A DNA stretch of 64,000 bases from the human T2T-CHM13v2.0 reference genome, Homo sapiens: the NCBI RefSeq assembly GCF_009914755.1, contig NC_060940.1; one strand, given 5' to 3'. The translations under genes and the position numbers were made by a program. Position 1 is the first letter of the stretch. Each line of letters opens with the position of its first letter. The notes beneath the pieces were generated by a model. It was not told where the DNA came from. It did no database searches and worked only from the letters and a program-made list of their open reading frames with translations. Positions 1 through 18,053 of this stretch are shown here, piece by piece.

Positions 1-75
1 CATTTGTTTATCAATTCATCTGTTGATAGACATTTGGGTTGTTTTCAGTTTTTTGGCTATTAAAAATAAAGCTGT

Positions 76-200
76 CTGGGCACAGTGGCTCATACCTGTA
101 ATCCTAGCACTTTGAGAGACCAAAGTGGACAGATCATTTGAGCCCAGGAGTTTGAGACCAGCATGAGTAACACAGGAAGACCCCAACTCTATTTAAAAAA
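76..200 (+). mobile_element. Alu left monomer (FLAM/AluJ-like)
   Basis: ctgggcacagtggctcatacctgtaatcctagcac... ending in an A-rich tail after one arm. Confidence 0.85.
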
Positions 201-442
201 ATAAAATAATAAATGAAATAAAAATATTTAATAAAATATCAAAAAATAAAGCTACTGTGAACTGTGGTAGTAAATTTATTTTTAAATTTATGTAATGTTT
301 GCATGTCGTGACAAAATACTGCCTTTTAGTTGAAAGGAAACATTTCTTGGTACTCTGAGATGCCATGTGTGTCAGCACTAGAGATGTGTAGCAGCCATGT
401 ATCCATCATGAAAATAATTCCATTGTTTAGCATTGCACATAG

Positions 443-1180
<738 letters not shown>

Positions 1181-2559
1181 CCCCATTCATAATTTCTGAA
1201 AGAGAAGTTTACCTACCAAGTAGAGATCTCAGATAGTAACCGAAAACAAAAAGGAAAGCAGAGAGGAAAGAGTTGTAGGAAATATGTTTGCAGATTTTCC
1301 CAGCTTAGAGGAGTCAGTAGATACCATTTCAATCTTCTAATTATAAATAAGGAAATTTATATTGAAATTTGAAAAATTTTTTACATGTAATCACATGTTA
1401 TTCAAAACAGGAAGCATGCTTTCTGAATCATTAAAGAGAATAATTAGAAAAATATATCCTGTATAGAAAAGATAGAAAATAATTTATACAGCATGGAAAT
1501 CACCTTTACTTAAAAGATTGAAAGAACTTTTAAAATTGTCTTTACTTGGCATATTTCTTGCAAGAAATTTCTTCACAGTGTTTTCAGTCTTTTCTAAATT
1601 ATCTTGACTTTTATTCTTACCTTACTGAATGTGTTAATCATGAATGGATAACGCATTATAACAAGTACCTTTTTAGGTACAAGATGATATTTTGATGGAA
1701 ACTTACTCTTCTTGAACATGATGACATTGATGACCTAACACTGAACCATGTTTGCATAACTAAAATAAATCCCACTGGGACTTAGTATATTATTCTTTAT
1801 AGATTTGATTTACTAGCATTTTAATATTTACAGCTATATAAAAAGATTTGTCTGAGGTTTTCTTTTATGTTTACTGTGGTAGGTTTTAGTGTCAGGGCTA
1901 GCACTGTGAAACAATTGAGAAACTCTCTATCTTTCACTTCTTCATATATTCATTGGTTGGGTTCTGGAGCCAGGAAAGGGGGAAGAAATTTTAGTTGTTC
2001 TTCTCCTACTTCACTCACCTAGGACTCTGACTAAAATCAATAGTACTATAATTAAATTATATAGTTTACTGCTTAGCTAGGTTTTTTGGGGGACTAGCTT
2101 GGGAACCAAATTACCATCTCAGGCCATTTTTTTCCTTTATGAAATATCCTTAGCAAATTCTAAATAATTAATTAAAAGATATGTATTAATTAATTAAAAG
2201 ATTTCTGTGTATTTCTCTCTCCCATCTTCTTCTTTCACTGCCAGCATGATCAGGTGGCTGTGTATTATACCCTGGCAGCCACCCAGCTAGTGAATTCATT
2301 TTGGCTTCTGTTACCTGGTGTTTAATCTGAGTATTTTAAATGCTAAATCTTATTAGTAAACCTGTTGAAAGCTTGGCTCTAGAAACAAAGCCTAACTCAT
2401 ACACTTCTGGTGAGACTTTGATACAACTTTCTGTGTGGCAATTAGGCAATTCTTTACATCATCTGTTTTTTTTTTTTTTTTTGACCCAGCACTTCTGTTC
2501 ATAGAAGATAAGCTGAAAGAAATCATTGCAGATATATGGGAAGATTTAGTTCCAGTGAT

Positions 2560-2940
2560 GCACAGTTGAAGCATCTTTTATAAATGTAAAGATGTGTAAA
2601 CAACTTGAATGCTCAGCAGTAGGGAATTAGTTAAATGAATATAGATAATTTAGTAATGGAACATTAAGTAACCATAGAATGTTACTGATAAATATATGTG
2701 TGACAGTGAAAGTTGTCTGTCATATATTAAGTGAAAAAAACATTTTACAAAACTTAAAGGCCCCATAAAATCCCATTTTGAAAAATAGGTTTGTAAATGC
2801 ACGCACACAGCCTGGAATTACACATACTGAAGTAAAGGTAGTGGTGATCTCTTGGGGGCATGAGATTATGGGTAACTGTTTTCTTCTTTTCTGTTAGTGT
2901 TATCAGGTTTTCTGGAATGAACATATGTTACTACTGAAAT
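2560..2940 (+). mobile_element. Old L1M (L1ME-like) 3' fragment
   Basis: aaacaacttgaatgctcagcagtagggaattagttaaat ... tattaagtgaaaaaa ... gtggtgatctcttggg resemble the L1M 3' region. Confidence 0.5.
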
Positions 2941-3280
2941 AAGGAAAAAAATCACCCTTTTTTTTAAAAAACAAATGCCAGCACACATACAATATGTAGA
3001 AATTAAGAAGTAATGCATAACTAGAAAATCATTCCAAATAAAATGATATGAACATTGAGTTTTTAATTGTGTAGTGCCTACTATCTCTGGGGACACTAAG
3101 TCTTAAGCAGAGAAACCAAACCAAATGCAGATCTCCTAGAATCCTCATCTAGAAAGATCCAAGTCTGTTCTTATCACATCTATTTTCAAAAAAAATATTT
3201 TGCCCTCGTCATGCTTGAAAGGAGTTCTTTAACTTAAAAATTTTATGTGTTCTAATTATTTCTGTTGGGTTATTTGACAG

Positions 3281-3539
3281 ACCGCCTGGACATTAGGGCA
3301 GCCCGGATTCTTCTGGATAATGACCATTACGCCATGGAAAAATTGAAGAAAAGAGTACTGGAATACTTGGCTGTCAGACAGCTCAAAAATAACCTGAAGG
3401 GCCCAATCCTATGCTTTGTTGGCCCTCCTGGAGTTGGTAAAACAAGTGTGGGAAGATCAGTGGCCAAGACTCTAGGTCGAGAGTTCCACAGGATTGCACT
3501 TGGAGGAGTATGTGATCAGTCTGACATTCGAGGACACAG
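3281..3539 (+). CDS. LONP2: LONP2 coding exon (probably exon 7), Walker A
   Basis: ttatttgacag|ACCGCC ... CACAG|gtagaa; 259 nt, phase 1 to 2; encodes (D)[55 protein letters not shown]...DIRGHR. Confidence 0.97.
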
Positions 3540-4110
3540 GTAGAACACTTCTCTCAGTTTAATCTCTGATTCCTCTTTCTTTTTAATTGACTAGAGCTCC
3601 CTAAAAGCTTAGGCATAGCATACATCTATTTTCCTTAAAGGGCTATGTGTGGTACCTTGAATGAAAAGGACATTTACAAGAAGTATCAGCTAGCCTAGAG
3701 CCTCTAAGCGTAATGATAAACCCAAACTAACCTTGATTTGTATGACAGTGGATACTACTCTGTGCCTCAACTTTCCTGGAATCTCATTTGAATGTAATTA
3801 TAAGTTATTTATGATTGGATATTATTATGTCTTTACACTCTTTTCAACCCAGTAGCATGCCATAAATAATGATCCCTAACTCTCAGAGTTAAAAAAAGTA
3901 ACTGCAATAGGGAGGGCCAATAGGAGGAGGTGAGAAGTCTTTGATAACAAACTTGTTCTGATTGCAGTCTAAACTTCCTCTTATGAAGGTTGGTTTGTAT
4001 TATGAATATGAGTAATAAGGATAAATGTTAGCATAATTATTAAGGCTTATTCTTGCATTTTGGACTCACTTTCTATAAAAAAACAATAAACTGTAAGAAC
4101 TGTCCCTCTA

Positions 4111-4470
4111 GGCTGGGCACAGTGGCTCATGCCTGTAATCCTAACACTTTGGGAGGCTGAGGTGGGTGGATTGTTTGAGCCTAACAGTTTGAGACCAGCC
4201 AGGGCAACATAGGGAAACACTTTTGTCTCTACAAAATTTATATTTAAATTTTTTAATTTTAAATTTTAATTTTTGTCTCCACAAAAATTAAAAAATTATG
4301 CAGGCACAGTGGCATGCACCTGTGGTCCCAGCTACTCAGGAGGCTGAGATGGGAGAATCATTTAGGCCTGGGAAGGTCCAGGCTGCAGTAAGCCATGATT
4401 GTCCCACTGCACGCCAGCCTGGAGACAGAGACATTATCTCAAACAAACAAACAAACAAACAACAACAAAA
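4111..4470 (+). mobile_element. AluJ with expanded AT-rich linker and (AAAC)n tail
   Basis: Diverged Alu dimer. Confidence 0.9.
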
Positions 4471-4865
4471 CTGTTTCTGATTAATCTGACATTATTAGAA
4501 TCAGATTTGCATGTTGCATTCATTGTTCTCACTGGTCTCTTTGTTGATCTGATGGAAATTGCCTTGGGAAAGCATGAATTTACATTTCGTGGTTTAAGGG
4601 ATTCATAGCAATTGTAAGTTGTGAGAAAACATACCTATAGTGTATGTGTTAAAGAACATGTTTAAATGTAGGAACCATGAACTGCTTATAAAAGAATATG
4701 ATGCTTTTTTAATATCTTGTTTTCTATTTGCCTTATTCAAAGGGATCCCTATCCATAGACAGGGATGGGAAACTGTTTCAGAAACTTTTCTATAAGAAAT
4801 GGTTATTTTTATTCTCTTTTATTTGCTCACTTAAAATTCTTACGCATTTAAAAAGTATCATTACT

Positions 4866-5000
4866 GGCCTTGTGTAGTAGCTCATGCCTGTAATCCCAGC
4901 ACTTTGGGAGGCCAAGGCAGGCAGTTGCTTGAGCTCAGGAGTTCAAGAACAGCCTGGGCAACTTGGTGACACCCCATCTCTAAAAAAATAATAATAATAA
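4866..5000 (+). mobile_element. Alu left monomer (FLAM)
   Basis: Single arm plus A/(AAT)n tail. Confidence 0.85.
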
Positions 5001-7905
5001 ATTTTAAAAAAGACTCATCACAAGATTTTAGTAAATAAACAATGAGGCGTGCAGATCAGAGTAGAGAATTGATTTGGGTGATTTCTTCTGGCAATTTCAA
5101 AAGATATTTTTGTTGCCTAGACTTCTTATTCTTGCATGTACCACTAGAGGCTATAGTTTGCTTTCGTAAAGGAATTGGCATTTCTCTTGGACCAAACTCA
5201 AAGAAGCTGCGTCTAGGGCCTAAATCTTCTAATTTTAGCTACAGAGTAAGTATTTGATGGCATTTAGAGAGTGAGTTCGTGGAATTAATGCTATGTGAAA
5301 TTGACATCATAAGCACGTGACATGTAGGTAATTTGTTCTTATTTCTTTTCACATTGGTATTGATTATTTGATAAGGCTTGGAAAGCACTTATTCAATACC
5401 TGACACACAGTGAGCATTCACTAAAAATTAGCTTTAACCATTATTTAAATTCTATTAATAAATTCTCAGGAGGACAAATTTAGATTTACAAGCTTCAGTA
5501 TGAGTTTTTATAAATTTCAATCTGATTTTTTAATTGCCTTCTAAAATATTTATCCTATTCTCAGCATTATTACTTAATTTATACGGCAGAATTATGGGAA
5601 AATGCATTTTTCTGTTGCCTACTAATGGACAGTGTATAGTGTCATGGTTCTCACCACTTACAAACATCACTGGATTAAAATAAATCTCTATTTTAAATCC
5701 TTACTGACATATAAAATTTGTTCTTTTTTTCAAGTGAATATGCTTTTGTGTATGTGACTGTATTAAGAAAATTGAGTCTGAAGAAAATAAGAATTGACTT
5801 TATGGGTCTTTTGTAAAAGGAGGTTGTGTTACAATCACCATTGCCTAAAATATTTGTAAATATAACCTTTTTAGAAACGTATATATGGAGGCTGTGATTG
5901 TTGCCGAGTAAAAAGTATAAGGATTTGTTTTGTGAATCATTCTATTCAGCCTGATTTTAGATACACCTTGCTGGTAAGTGTTACTTAGCCATCAGTGTAC
6001 CAGATGTTTGATTAACTACTATAGCAACCTGCCCTTGTGCTGTTGGGGACATATTACCCATCTACCCCGTGAATTATTAAAGCCTGGTGAAAAATTTTAT
6101 TTCAAACCCTGTTTGGAAGCACGTGGAGAGTAGTGGGGTTCAGTTGTTGAGGAAAGGGTGAGGGCAGAGCATGCACTTAGGTCAGTTATGAATTGAAGGT
6201 GAATAGGAGGAGGAGAGAAAGAACAACCGACAATTCCAGCACAACCATGGGTGTGCCTGGGGGAACATGTGGTTCCATGTGACAGTTGAGGCATTTGGGA
6301 GACAACCCAGGTCTTGACGTTTGAGTACCGGTCACATGCTCACAGTTAGAGTTCATGAAAAGTTTTGTTTTTCCTCAGCCTTTGAGTAGGCACCACTGTT
6401 CCGCAGCCTTAGAATAGCCAAGGAAAAAGAAAGCCAGGGAAAAAGAAAGCTGCTTTGTTATTGTCCTTGCTTATCCTCTCGATTTTGCCACTCACTCTCC
6501 CTGTTTTCCCATGTGTGGAACACTTTCCTTTTGCTAAAAGTACCTGCGTATGAGAAGAAGGATGCCGATAAGTTGGGGATTGATTTTAAAAACAAGCAAA
6601 GATATGTTTTTTATGGTTAAATGATAATGAGGTGGGAGATGGGGAAGCAAAAGAGAGGCTTGCCTTAATATTTAATCTTAAACTTGGAAAATAATAGTGA
6701 TCTGACTAAACATTGCCTCATTTTTGTCTGTATTGTTTTGAGTAGCTTAAAGGAAGAATAATGTTTATGCTACGTATTAACTCATTCAGTTTTTCAGTCT
6801 TTTCGATATTTCTCATTTGGATTTATCTCCATTGTGATTTTTCTGTCCACTTTGTAAGCCACAAAATACTCATTCCCTTCTATCAGTTTTAACAACTTAA
6901 ATTTTTATATTTAAGTATTACATTTAAATAATTTAAGTCAATTCACACAAATATAAGGTAACTAACTTCTTTTAAGATGAAGTTTTATGAAATAATGTTT
7001 GCATAATTGTTTTTCATTTGTTCTTTGGTAAAAAGAAATAATATATTATTGTTATGATATATCTTAAATCACTGTGGATATTAACTCCTAGAAATACTTT
7101 ACCAGCTGTTTACTTAGATAATAAAATTATATTATTGCAAGAAATCCTTGTCTCAACTTTCAAACAAGATGAGAAGAAAAATGAACTTGTGATTTCCACA
7201 TTGATACATTTTCATATGCAACCTGAAATGGTAAAGTTATAAATAAACTATTTCATTATTAGTTTCTACAAGGGAAAAATAACTGAAGCAGCAAGCTTCT
7301 AATGTATTTTTTTAGCATAGTGTACCAGATATATTATGGTTTGCCCACTATCCTTTCAACTTACATTTGCATGTAGCTCTTCTTTGCCTCTCCAAAACTT
7401 AGGTTTATTTTAAGGCCTCAACCCAAGGCTTCCTCCATTAATGTAAGTGCAGTCAGTTATGATTTCACTCTTCTCTAAACTGACCACCTATTGTGCTCCT
7501 TTATCGAATACGGGCCTCTGGCATTTCTACCATACAACTGTGGAGATGAAACATAAATACGTTTATAAAAAGTACAAGCTTTCTCAGGCAGGGGATTTAT
7601 CGTCTATCTCCTTTATGTACCCCATGATGCTTATTTAACATGGTGCTAAATGTGGTGAGCGCTCTCTGGGTGTTTTGTGAATTCATGTAAGATTAAAACA
7701 TAATATTTTGGAAGTTATGCAACCCTTTAGACGAGTACACCCATACAAATTAGTCTATAAAAAGATTTAGGAATGACTACCAGAAGAATAATTGCATTTG
7801 TTTAGACATGCTATTATACATTAAAATCCCAGTTTCTTAAAGACTGTTTTTCTTTTTGAGATCATTAGGATCTTTTTTAAACTGATTCCTTTTTCCAGTT
7901 TGAGA

Positions 7906-7960
7906 TACACACACACACCCACACACCCACCCACACCCACACCCACACATCCACACACCC
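7906..7960. repeat. (CA)n/(CACC)n compound microsatellite
   Basis: acacacacacacacccacacacccacccacacccac... Confidence 0.9.
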
Positions 7961-8389
7961 TTGGTAGAAAATGTGAAAAATAAGGGGAAAAAATCCTCAT
8001 GTTTTTCTACCGTACAAAGATAATCACTGTTAACATTTGTTTTGTTCTGCCAGACTTATCATTGGATTTTAAGTAACAGAATTGTAATCCTGTCATTTTC
8101 ACTTAACATTGTAACACTTAAACTCTTTTCTATTCCAAATTCTTTGTAAATTTTATTTTAACAGTTTGCATTATAGCCTGCGGGAGCCGAGCCCTTTAAT
8201 TGAATAGGTAGGAAGAGTGGATGGTGAAATGCCTATATTTTTCTCTCTTGTCTGCTATAAAAGACATTTGCAAAAGTTGCTTCCATGAGGCAGAAATTGA
8301 AATGGGACTCAAATTCAGGTGTACTGAATTCTGCTCTTGTGCTTTTTCCAGGAAACCAGAAGTAAACTTTAAGTAGCTGTTGCTAATAA

Positions 8390-8560
8390 TGATGAGCATC
8401 ACTGGAAAGCTCACTGTGTGCCAGGGACCGTGCTGTGTGCTTTGCCTGTGTTCTCTCATGATCCTTATATTAATATAACCCACCAGGTTGACACTATTTT
8501 CCCCATCTTATAGGTGAGGAAACTGAGGCTTAGGTCAAGTAATTTGCCCAAAATAGTATT
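8390..8560 (-). mobile_element. MIR
   Basis: ccccatcttataggtgaggaaactgaggcttaggtcaagtaatttgcccaa is the reverse complement of the MIR core. Confidence 0.85.
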
Positions 8561-10602
8561 CAGAGGCTTGTACTGTGTTACCTTTAGAGTGCTGATGGAA
8601 AGATGCTTTGAGTGCTGGCACGGTGGATCTGGTGGGGAACAATCTTACAGCTCTATATCTAGCCTCTACTCTGTGGTAAGACCCCGTCTCTGTCATAAAA
8701 GTGCTCACTGGCTCTATAGAGGAGGTTATTATACCCATGAATAAAAACTAGGTTGTAAGTAACCATCAGATGAGTTATGGGGCCAGTAAGTGCTGTAGAC
8801 ATTGCATTATTAGAGCGATCCCTTTGTGAGAGGTAGTCAGAAAAAGTTTCTTAGAATTGTTGGGATTTACGTAGCAGGAAGAGGAGTATTAAGGGCAGGA
8901 AGGCACCATATTTTTAAGAAAGGTAAAAATTTTTAAGGGGCGTAATAGTATCTTGATTGTGGTTGAAGCAAGAAAGTAATGGCAGCAAGTTGGGAAGATG
9001 AATGGGAGCTGGATTGTGAAAAGCCTCGAACTCCAGACAAAGGAATTTGAACCTTATTCTGTAGGCTCTGGGAAGCAATGGAAAGTGTAAGAGGAATTGC
9101 TTATATACAGTGTGAGTAGAATCTAGGATTCCAATTTTTTTAGAAAGGGTGCCTACCTAGAATATTATTTTCTCTCTGTGACTTCAGGTGTAGAATTGTC
9201 AGTACTTGTTTTTGAAGTTTACTCATCAAAAAAGGAAAGGCAAATAAATAACTGCAGCAAAAAATGACCCATTAGAGCCTTTGAGATTCTTTAAAAAAAT
9301 TCCCTTCCCTACCACTCTTAAAAATCAGAGTAATGGCAAATCTGTAAGTTCTCTAGAAAAATAATTGGAAAGAATTTATAAATTCTGAGTCTCGTCTTTC
9401 CTGTATCTGATTCTGAAATCTTGAATGTGCTAATTCCTTATATTAACAGGACAATGTTTATTGCCTTTGCTTCCCTGTGCCTTAGTCACCTTTCCCGGAT
9501 GAAAGGCATTCCCATGATATTTTTAAGGCTTGCTTGCCTTTTCAAAGTTCACTCTGTTTATTCTGTCCTACTTTATACCAGTCATGTGGCAGAAATCAGG
9601 CCTGCTCTGTGAATCGGCTTTGTGCAGATCATGAGGTAACTGTGGCTGTTCCACTTGTCATTGATCATTTTCTTCTCGGCAGTCAGGCTTTTATGCCTTT
9701 TCAGAGACAGCATTTGCTTTGCACAACATAGACAGCAGGGTTATAATTAAAATTAGTAAATTGCTGCTTTAAGTTTTGCTGGCTTTGTAAAAAAGACACC
9801 TTTTTTGGTTTGATAAACTTATGTGTTTTTATTTCATGCCACACTCTACATCTGTCATAATTATGTGGGTGATTCTTGTCCAAATACAATAAAGCAGGCT
9901 CTCACATTTTAACGTTCAACAAAATACCTGGCTGGCTGAACGTGGTTATTGCCAATTAGTGCATATGGGATGAATACAGTTTTGTTCAAAAGGACAGAAT
10001 AATGGAATTCTGATATAAATACTGTTGACCCCAGATCCTTATACTATAATTAATAGATTATTTCCTCTGAAAATAAAAGAGATTGGAGTTTTTCTTTTTT
10101 GTTGTTGTTTTTGGTCTGCATTCTGAGTGGCTGTTTGAACTGATTTTAATTTCCTTCATGAAGATGATGATGTTTTAGCTGGCCCAGGGGCAGCCATTTC
10201 AGTGTGCATAAAGGTGGTTGCGTTGGGTAGGGGGATGCTCAGAAAAATCATGGAAAGCATGGGAATTCATAGGGTACTTTGGACATTTTGGAATCTTGAA
10301 GAGTAAGAACCGTAACTGGTGACTTAAGTGTCGTGTTTCTTCATTTCACCAAATGGCAAAATGTGATACAGTTCTTCCAATATCATGGGCAACTTGTAGC
10401 CAGAATTAAGTAGAAGATAAGATTAGAATTGAATATAATAACTTTTGATTTATCATAGTGCCTTTTAAATACATAGTACCTCTTTGCTATATTATAGTGA
10501 TAGCTAAATGATCTTTTCACATTCCTAAGTTTTGATTTCTGAATGGCGTCGCTCCTGCCTCCTGACATCTCACACTGTGAATGTGCTACTTGCTTTCTCT
10601 AG

Positions 10603-10744
10603 GCGCACCTATGTTGGCAGCATGCCTGGTCGCATCATCAACGGCTTGAAGACTGTGGGAGTGAACAACCCAGTGTTCCTATTAGATGAGGTTGACAAAC
10701 TGGGAAAAAGTCTACAGGGTGATCCAGCAGCAGCTCTGCTTGAG
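10603..10744 (+). CDS. LONP2: LONP2 coding exon (probably exon 8), Walker B
   Basis: tgctttctctag|GCGCACC ... CTTGAG|gtaaga; 142 nt, phase 2 to 0; [47 protein letters not shown]. Confidence 0.97.
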
Positions 10745-11689
10745 GTAAGATTTGGAAAATTCCCTGTCTGTCTTCATACTGGAAGAGTATGGAGGAGGGT
10801 TGATAATCATATTCAAGTGATATACACAGTGGTGTAGCTTTAGTTATGGGAAAAACAGTTTGATACCGGCTGAGGTCTGAGCAATTTGGCACTTAAATTA
10901 AAATGTTTTTGAGATTTCTTTCACTAAGTCCCCTTTTTTTTTATTTTCCTTTTGTATTTTAATCAGATAGTTTAACAAAGTTTTGTGCACACTTATTATC
11001 TAGAGGCCAACAATTCTACACAGTTATGGCAAAAAAAACAGCAAGCAAGTCTCCTTCTCCCTGGGGTCCCCCATGCCTTCTTCTGCACTTTGACCTCTTC
11101 AGCTTTTAGTTGATTAACCCTATTTTCAAAATAGCATGGCTATCTTGCACTTCCTGATTTTTTTTTTTTTTAGTTTTTGTCATTTTCTATAGATGCCCCC
11201 CAACAGGAGGTGAAGATTTTACCTTTTTTCTTCCGTTGTCCCCACTGTATCATTTTTATACCTTAGATCTCGCAATAAGAATTTTTTTCTTGTTTTTTTG
11301 TTGTTTTTTTCTTGTGAATACTAATACATCCATATTAGTATTTACATTATTATGATTATGTAAATGCTTTTCACAGCAGGAGCCACATGGTAAACTGTGA
11401 TCACTTTTCCTGTTCCTATTTTTGTTTTTCTCTACTTTTTAAGAATATTTTCAGAGTTAGCTGTCTTGTTTCTTTTGTTTACTTTTTCACCAATCGTCTA
11501 ATTCTGTCAAGACCTTCAGACACTTTAGGTGTTCTATCCATTTTATCTTCTTAAGCGTCCGGTCTGAACTGGTTGTTTTTGACATCCGGTTTTATGGCTT
11601 CCTTCCTAGGTTCTCCCTTCACCTCTCACCATGTTGGATTTCCTGTCTCCTGTATTCCATTTCTTGCTCTTTCTTGGTCCATTCCCTCA

Positions 11690-12520
11690 TTTTTGTGGTG
11701 TTAACTCCCTGATAGTTTCCTGAGAAAGCTTGCATGAGTGGTAAATGTTTTAGACTTTGCATATCTGAAAATGTCTTTATGTTTCCCTCATACTTGATTA
11801 GTAATTTGAGTAAAGAATTCTGGTTGGAAATAATTTTTCTATAGAATTGTACTTTGCCTCCATTTTACTTCACTTTCCCATTTCCAGTGTTGCTGTTGGT
11901 AAAACTGATTCCATTCAGTTCCTATCCTTGCAGACCTGCTTTACCCTGAAAACTTTCAGGTTCTTCCCTTTATCCTGGGATTCTGAAATTTCCTAATAAT
12001 CTGCCTTGGCATGGGTTTCTTTTCATGCATTTTTGCTCATTCTTTCTTTGAATTCTTCCTGTTCTTTGGTTCTAAAATTTTTCTTAAATTCTTTTATTGA
12101 TGACTTTTCCCCTTTATTTTTTGGAACTCCCATGACTTGGATATTATGTTTCAGACTTATCTTTTCTCTCCTATTAGTCTCCACTTTTATGTTTTGCTCT
12201 ACTTTCTGTGCAGACTTTCTCAGATTTATCTTTTAAAAACCCTCTGAATTTATTATTTCAAAAACTTTCTCTGCATGTTCTTTTATAGTATCCTGTTCTT
12301 GTTACATAGTTGTAATATATCTTATCTCCATGAGAAAGATACTTATAGATATATTTTAAAATTTTACTTCTCTGACCACTTGGTATATTAAAAAGAAAAA
12401 GAAAAAAATTACTTCTCTTTAAGCTGCTTTTATCTGTTTATTATATATTTCTTTTAGTCTCTTTTATATTAGAGTCTTTCATTAGATATCTGGACATTTT
12501 TGTTTGTGTGTTTATATTTA
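11690..12520 (-). mobile_element. Old L1M fragment, antisense
   Basis: T-rich tract with tatctgaaaatgtctttat...taaagaattctggttggaaataatttttc, typical of antisense L1M. Confidence 0.6.
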
Positions 12521-15311
12521 ATAGTAAGGGACAAAAAGGCTGATTGGAGGCTATGAGCATAGGAGTGGGGCTTATCAACAGTGAGTTCCACAATAGAGTC
12601 AGCTGGCTGTGCTGTTTGGTTGAGGAATCTTCTACTCAATAGCTTTAAGTCTTCCTTCTTAGGATGGTCAGATTCCTCAGAGAAGACTTCCTGTCTCTTG
12701 CCTTGAGAATGAAGGCCTGGCTGCCATCATTCTGGGAACCAAGCAGGGGAAGAATGATTGGGGTCGGGGGTATCACTGCATTCAGCATCCGTGTATATGC
12801 ATTCACCTGAGCTCTTGTTTTCAGCATAGTATATGTTCTTATCAGCTGTGCCCAGGGTCCCCTGTGCAGAGAACCACTGTTTTATGTTCTTAAGAAAATA
12901 AACTTCCAGTGTTTTGCTGGGGTGGGGGAGGGGATCTGGGATCTGACTGCTTCCTAAATTTATTTCAGCCAGTCCTCCTTATTTTAGCACATCAGCCCCT
13001 CCTCCCTTTTACCCTTGCTTAAAATATTATTAATGCAAATTGATTTGTAAAATTGAGGAAAACTTACTTTGTGAAAGTTTTTATTTTTTTCTTGTTTATT
13101 TCTGTGCTTTGAGCTGCCTCGTGCTTCCTGTTTTTTTTCTGTTTTTGTGATCTTAGAACAGGATGGCCTGGGACATGTGTCTTATTAAGCAGGAGACCAT
13201 ACATTCTGGTTTGCTTGGCACATTCCCAGTTTATGCCTAATATTAATTGCACTCTTTTTTAGTCTCAGAAGTGGGTTTTGTTTGGACGATAAAAAAGTAC
13301 AGTTACCTTACTTAAAAGCCCTGGTATTTGGAGGTAAGGGTTTGATTTGGTTCAGTTTTGCTACTTTTTATTGTAAGATCATTACCTTCTGGCTCCATAA
13401 CTGGTTCTTTTTACTATGAAGAGTAAAATAGTGAACATTATTTAAGATTTTAGTAGTTTCTTATATAATATCTTTAGACTTTCAGTTTAATTTATATTGG
13501 GACATTTTTTCAGGTTATCTGACAGATTCTCCCATTAGACACTTACAGTTATCCTGTTGAAAATAATTTTAGAGTATTCCCCTGACACTTAAATTTTTTC
13601 AACAACTGTTTTGAAGCAAGTTCACCAAAGACAGCTTTACAAGTAGTAGTAGATGATTAAGTCCCCTGTTTATTTGTTCAGTTGATAAACAATATGTTTT
13701 AGGTCTTCACCTATATATACTTTGTAATGATTCAATAATATTTGTTAAATTGATCTTTGATAACAAGCAGCTAGCATAATGATATTTTCTTGTCTGATGT
13801 AGACCTTGGTACTCACTTTTTTGGCAGTCGATTTATTAGCATTCAAAAAAAAGGTATGAAAACCTCAAATGATATCTCAGAGTAAATGCCCCCTGGGCCC
13901 ACGTACTAATCACTGTAGTTTAGTTATGAATAGCATTGGTTCCTTACAGACTGTAAATGCTATAAAATGAAGCAAGACATACATATGGAGGAACTGAGTA
14001 TCTTGGTAGCTGACAGCCTCTTCCTCCCTGCTTGCCCAAGTCCTGGGTAAAAACCTCAGACCTCACAGATTGTTGAAACAATTAAATAACAGTACATATT
14101 AAAGCACTCTATAAATGGTAAAGTACTGTACAGATGTTAATTTAATATCCACTGATATTTCTTCTGTGTCCATTTTGAAAGCCACTTGCTGCTTCCATTG
14201 CCAGTAGGTTCACTTAAATTTAAAAAAAGAACAAACTCAATTACACAACACGTTACATTTAAAGTGAATATTCCTGAGAGTTTGGAGACCCAAGTATAGT
14301 TTTATTATCTTTCTACATAGAAAACCTGCTTTTAAAAAATGATATCTAGATATTATTTGTAAAATGTATAAGATTATTTTATGTTTAAGCTAATTATATT
14401 ATTAAGGTAATATAGCCCAGATGTGAAGAATGTAATAGTAGATGTAAATATACACTAGAGTGCTTACTCTGAATAAAGAATAAACTTTTTCTGCTGTGTA
14501 TTCTTCTTTTTATTTATGTAGGATATGCCCGTTTCCTTGACCTACCATGTAATTGTTGCTTATGTAAAACAGAATGTATTTCAAGTTATTACTTAATATT
14601 GTCCAAAAAAGGAGAATTCAAAATTTAGATGATCTCTTTTGAAAATTTATTGGAAGACTATAAAAATAGGTCCAACTACTTAATTAATAAATGGTGGTAG
14701 GCAGTAGAATTTGGGCAAGTCTATAACTGAGTAGCACTAAAATATTAGATATAAGGAAAGTAAGGGCTTGTATGTAATTAATAGACTTGAAAGAAAATTA
14801 CAGAATTATTTTCTTACCAGATATATGTTATATTTATAACTGGCACATGTCCAGACTTTATTGTTAAATATGAATGCATATCTCAAATACATTTTTGTGT
14901 GAGTGGGCAAATAAAATGCATGGATACAATAATTAATTGTCTTTATAGGCAATAATATTTACAGTTCGAAAAACATATATTCCCCAAAATAGAGAAGTCA
15001 CTAGTCTAGATATAGTAAACTTCCTTTAAAACTGAAGTTCTTACTTAATTCGAATTAGATCCAGTTAGTAATTAGACCAATAGTATATTTACTACTTAGA
15101 TACAGTAGACATGATCTTTTGATTTGAGCTATACAATTATTGTCAAAGAATGTCAGAAGAGAGGGACTTAGACATCATCTAATCCAGCTTCATGCTCTTA
15201 AGGATAAAAAGCTTAAGGCCTAAGATATTATTTTAATTTCTTATTTCACTACATGCTATATTAATGATATAATTTCCAAATATCGAATGGAGTTAAAAAA
15301 TGCCTTAAATA

Positions 15312-18053
<2,742 letters not shown>

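Noticed and set aside
5240-5982. Strong-looking donors (AGA|gtaagt near 5247, CTG|gtaagt near 5974) and an E-box CACGTG near 5314
   Set aside because: Short motifs expected by chance in 64 kb; no convincing paired acceptor or coding frame
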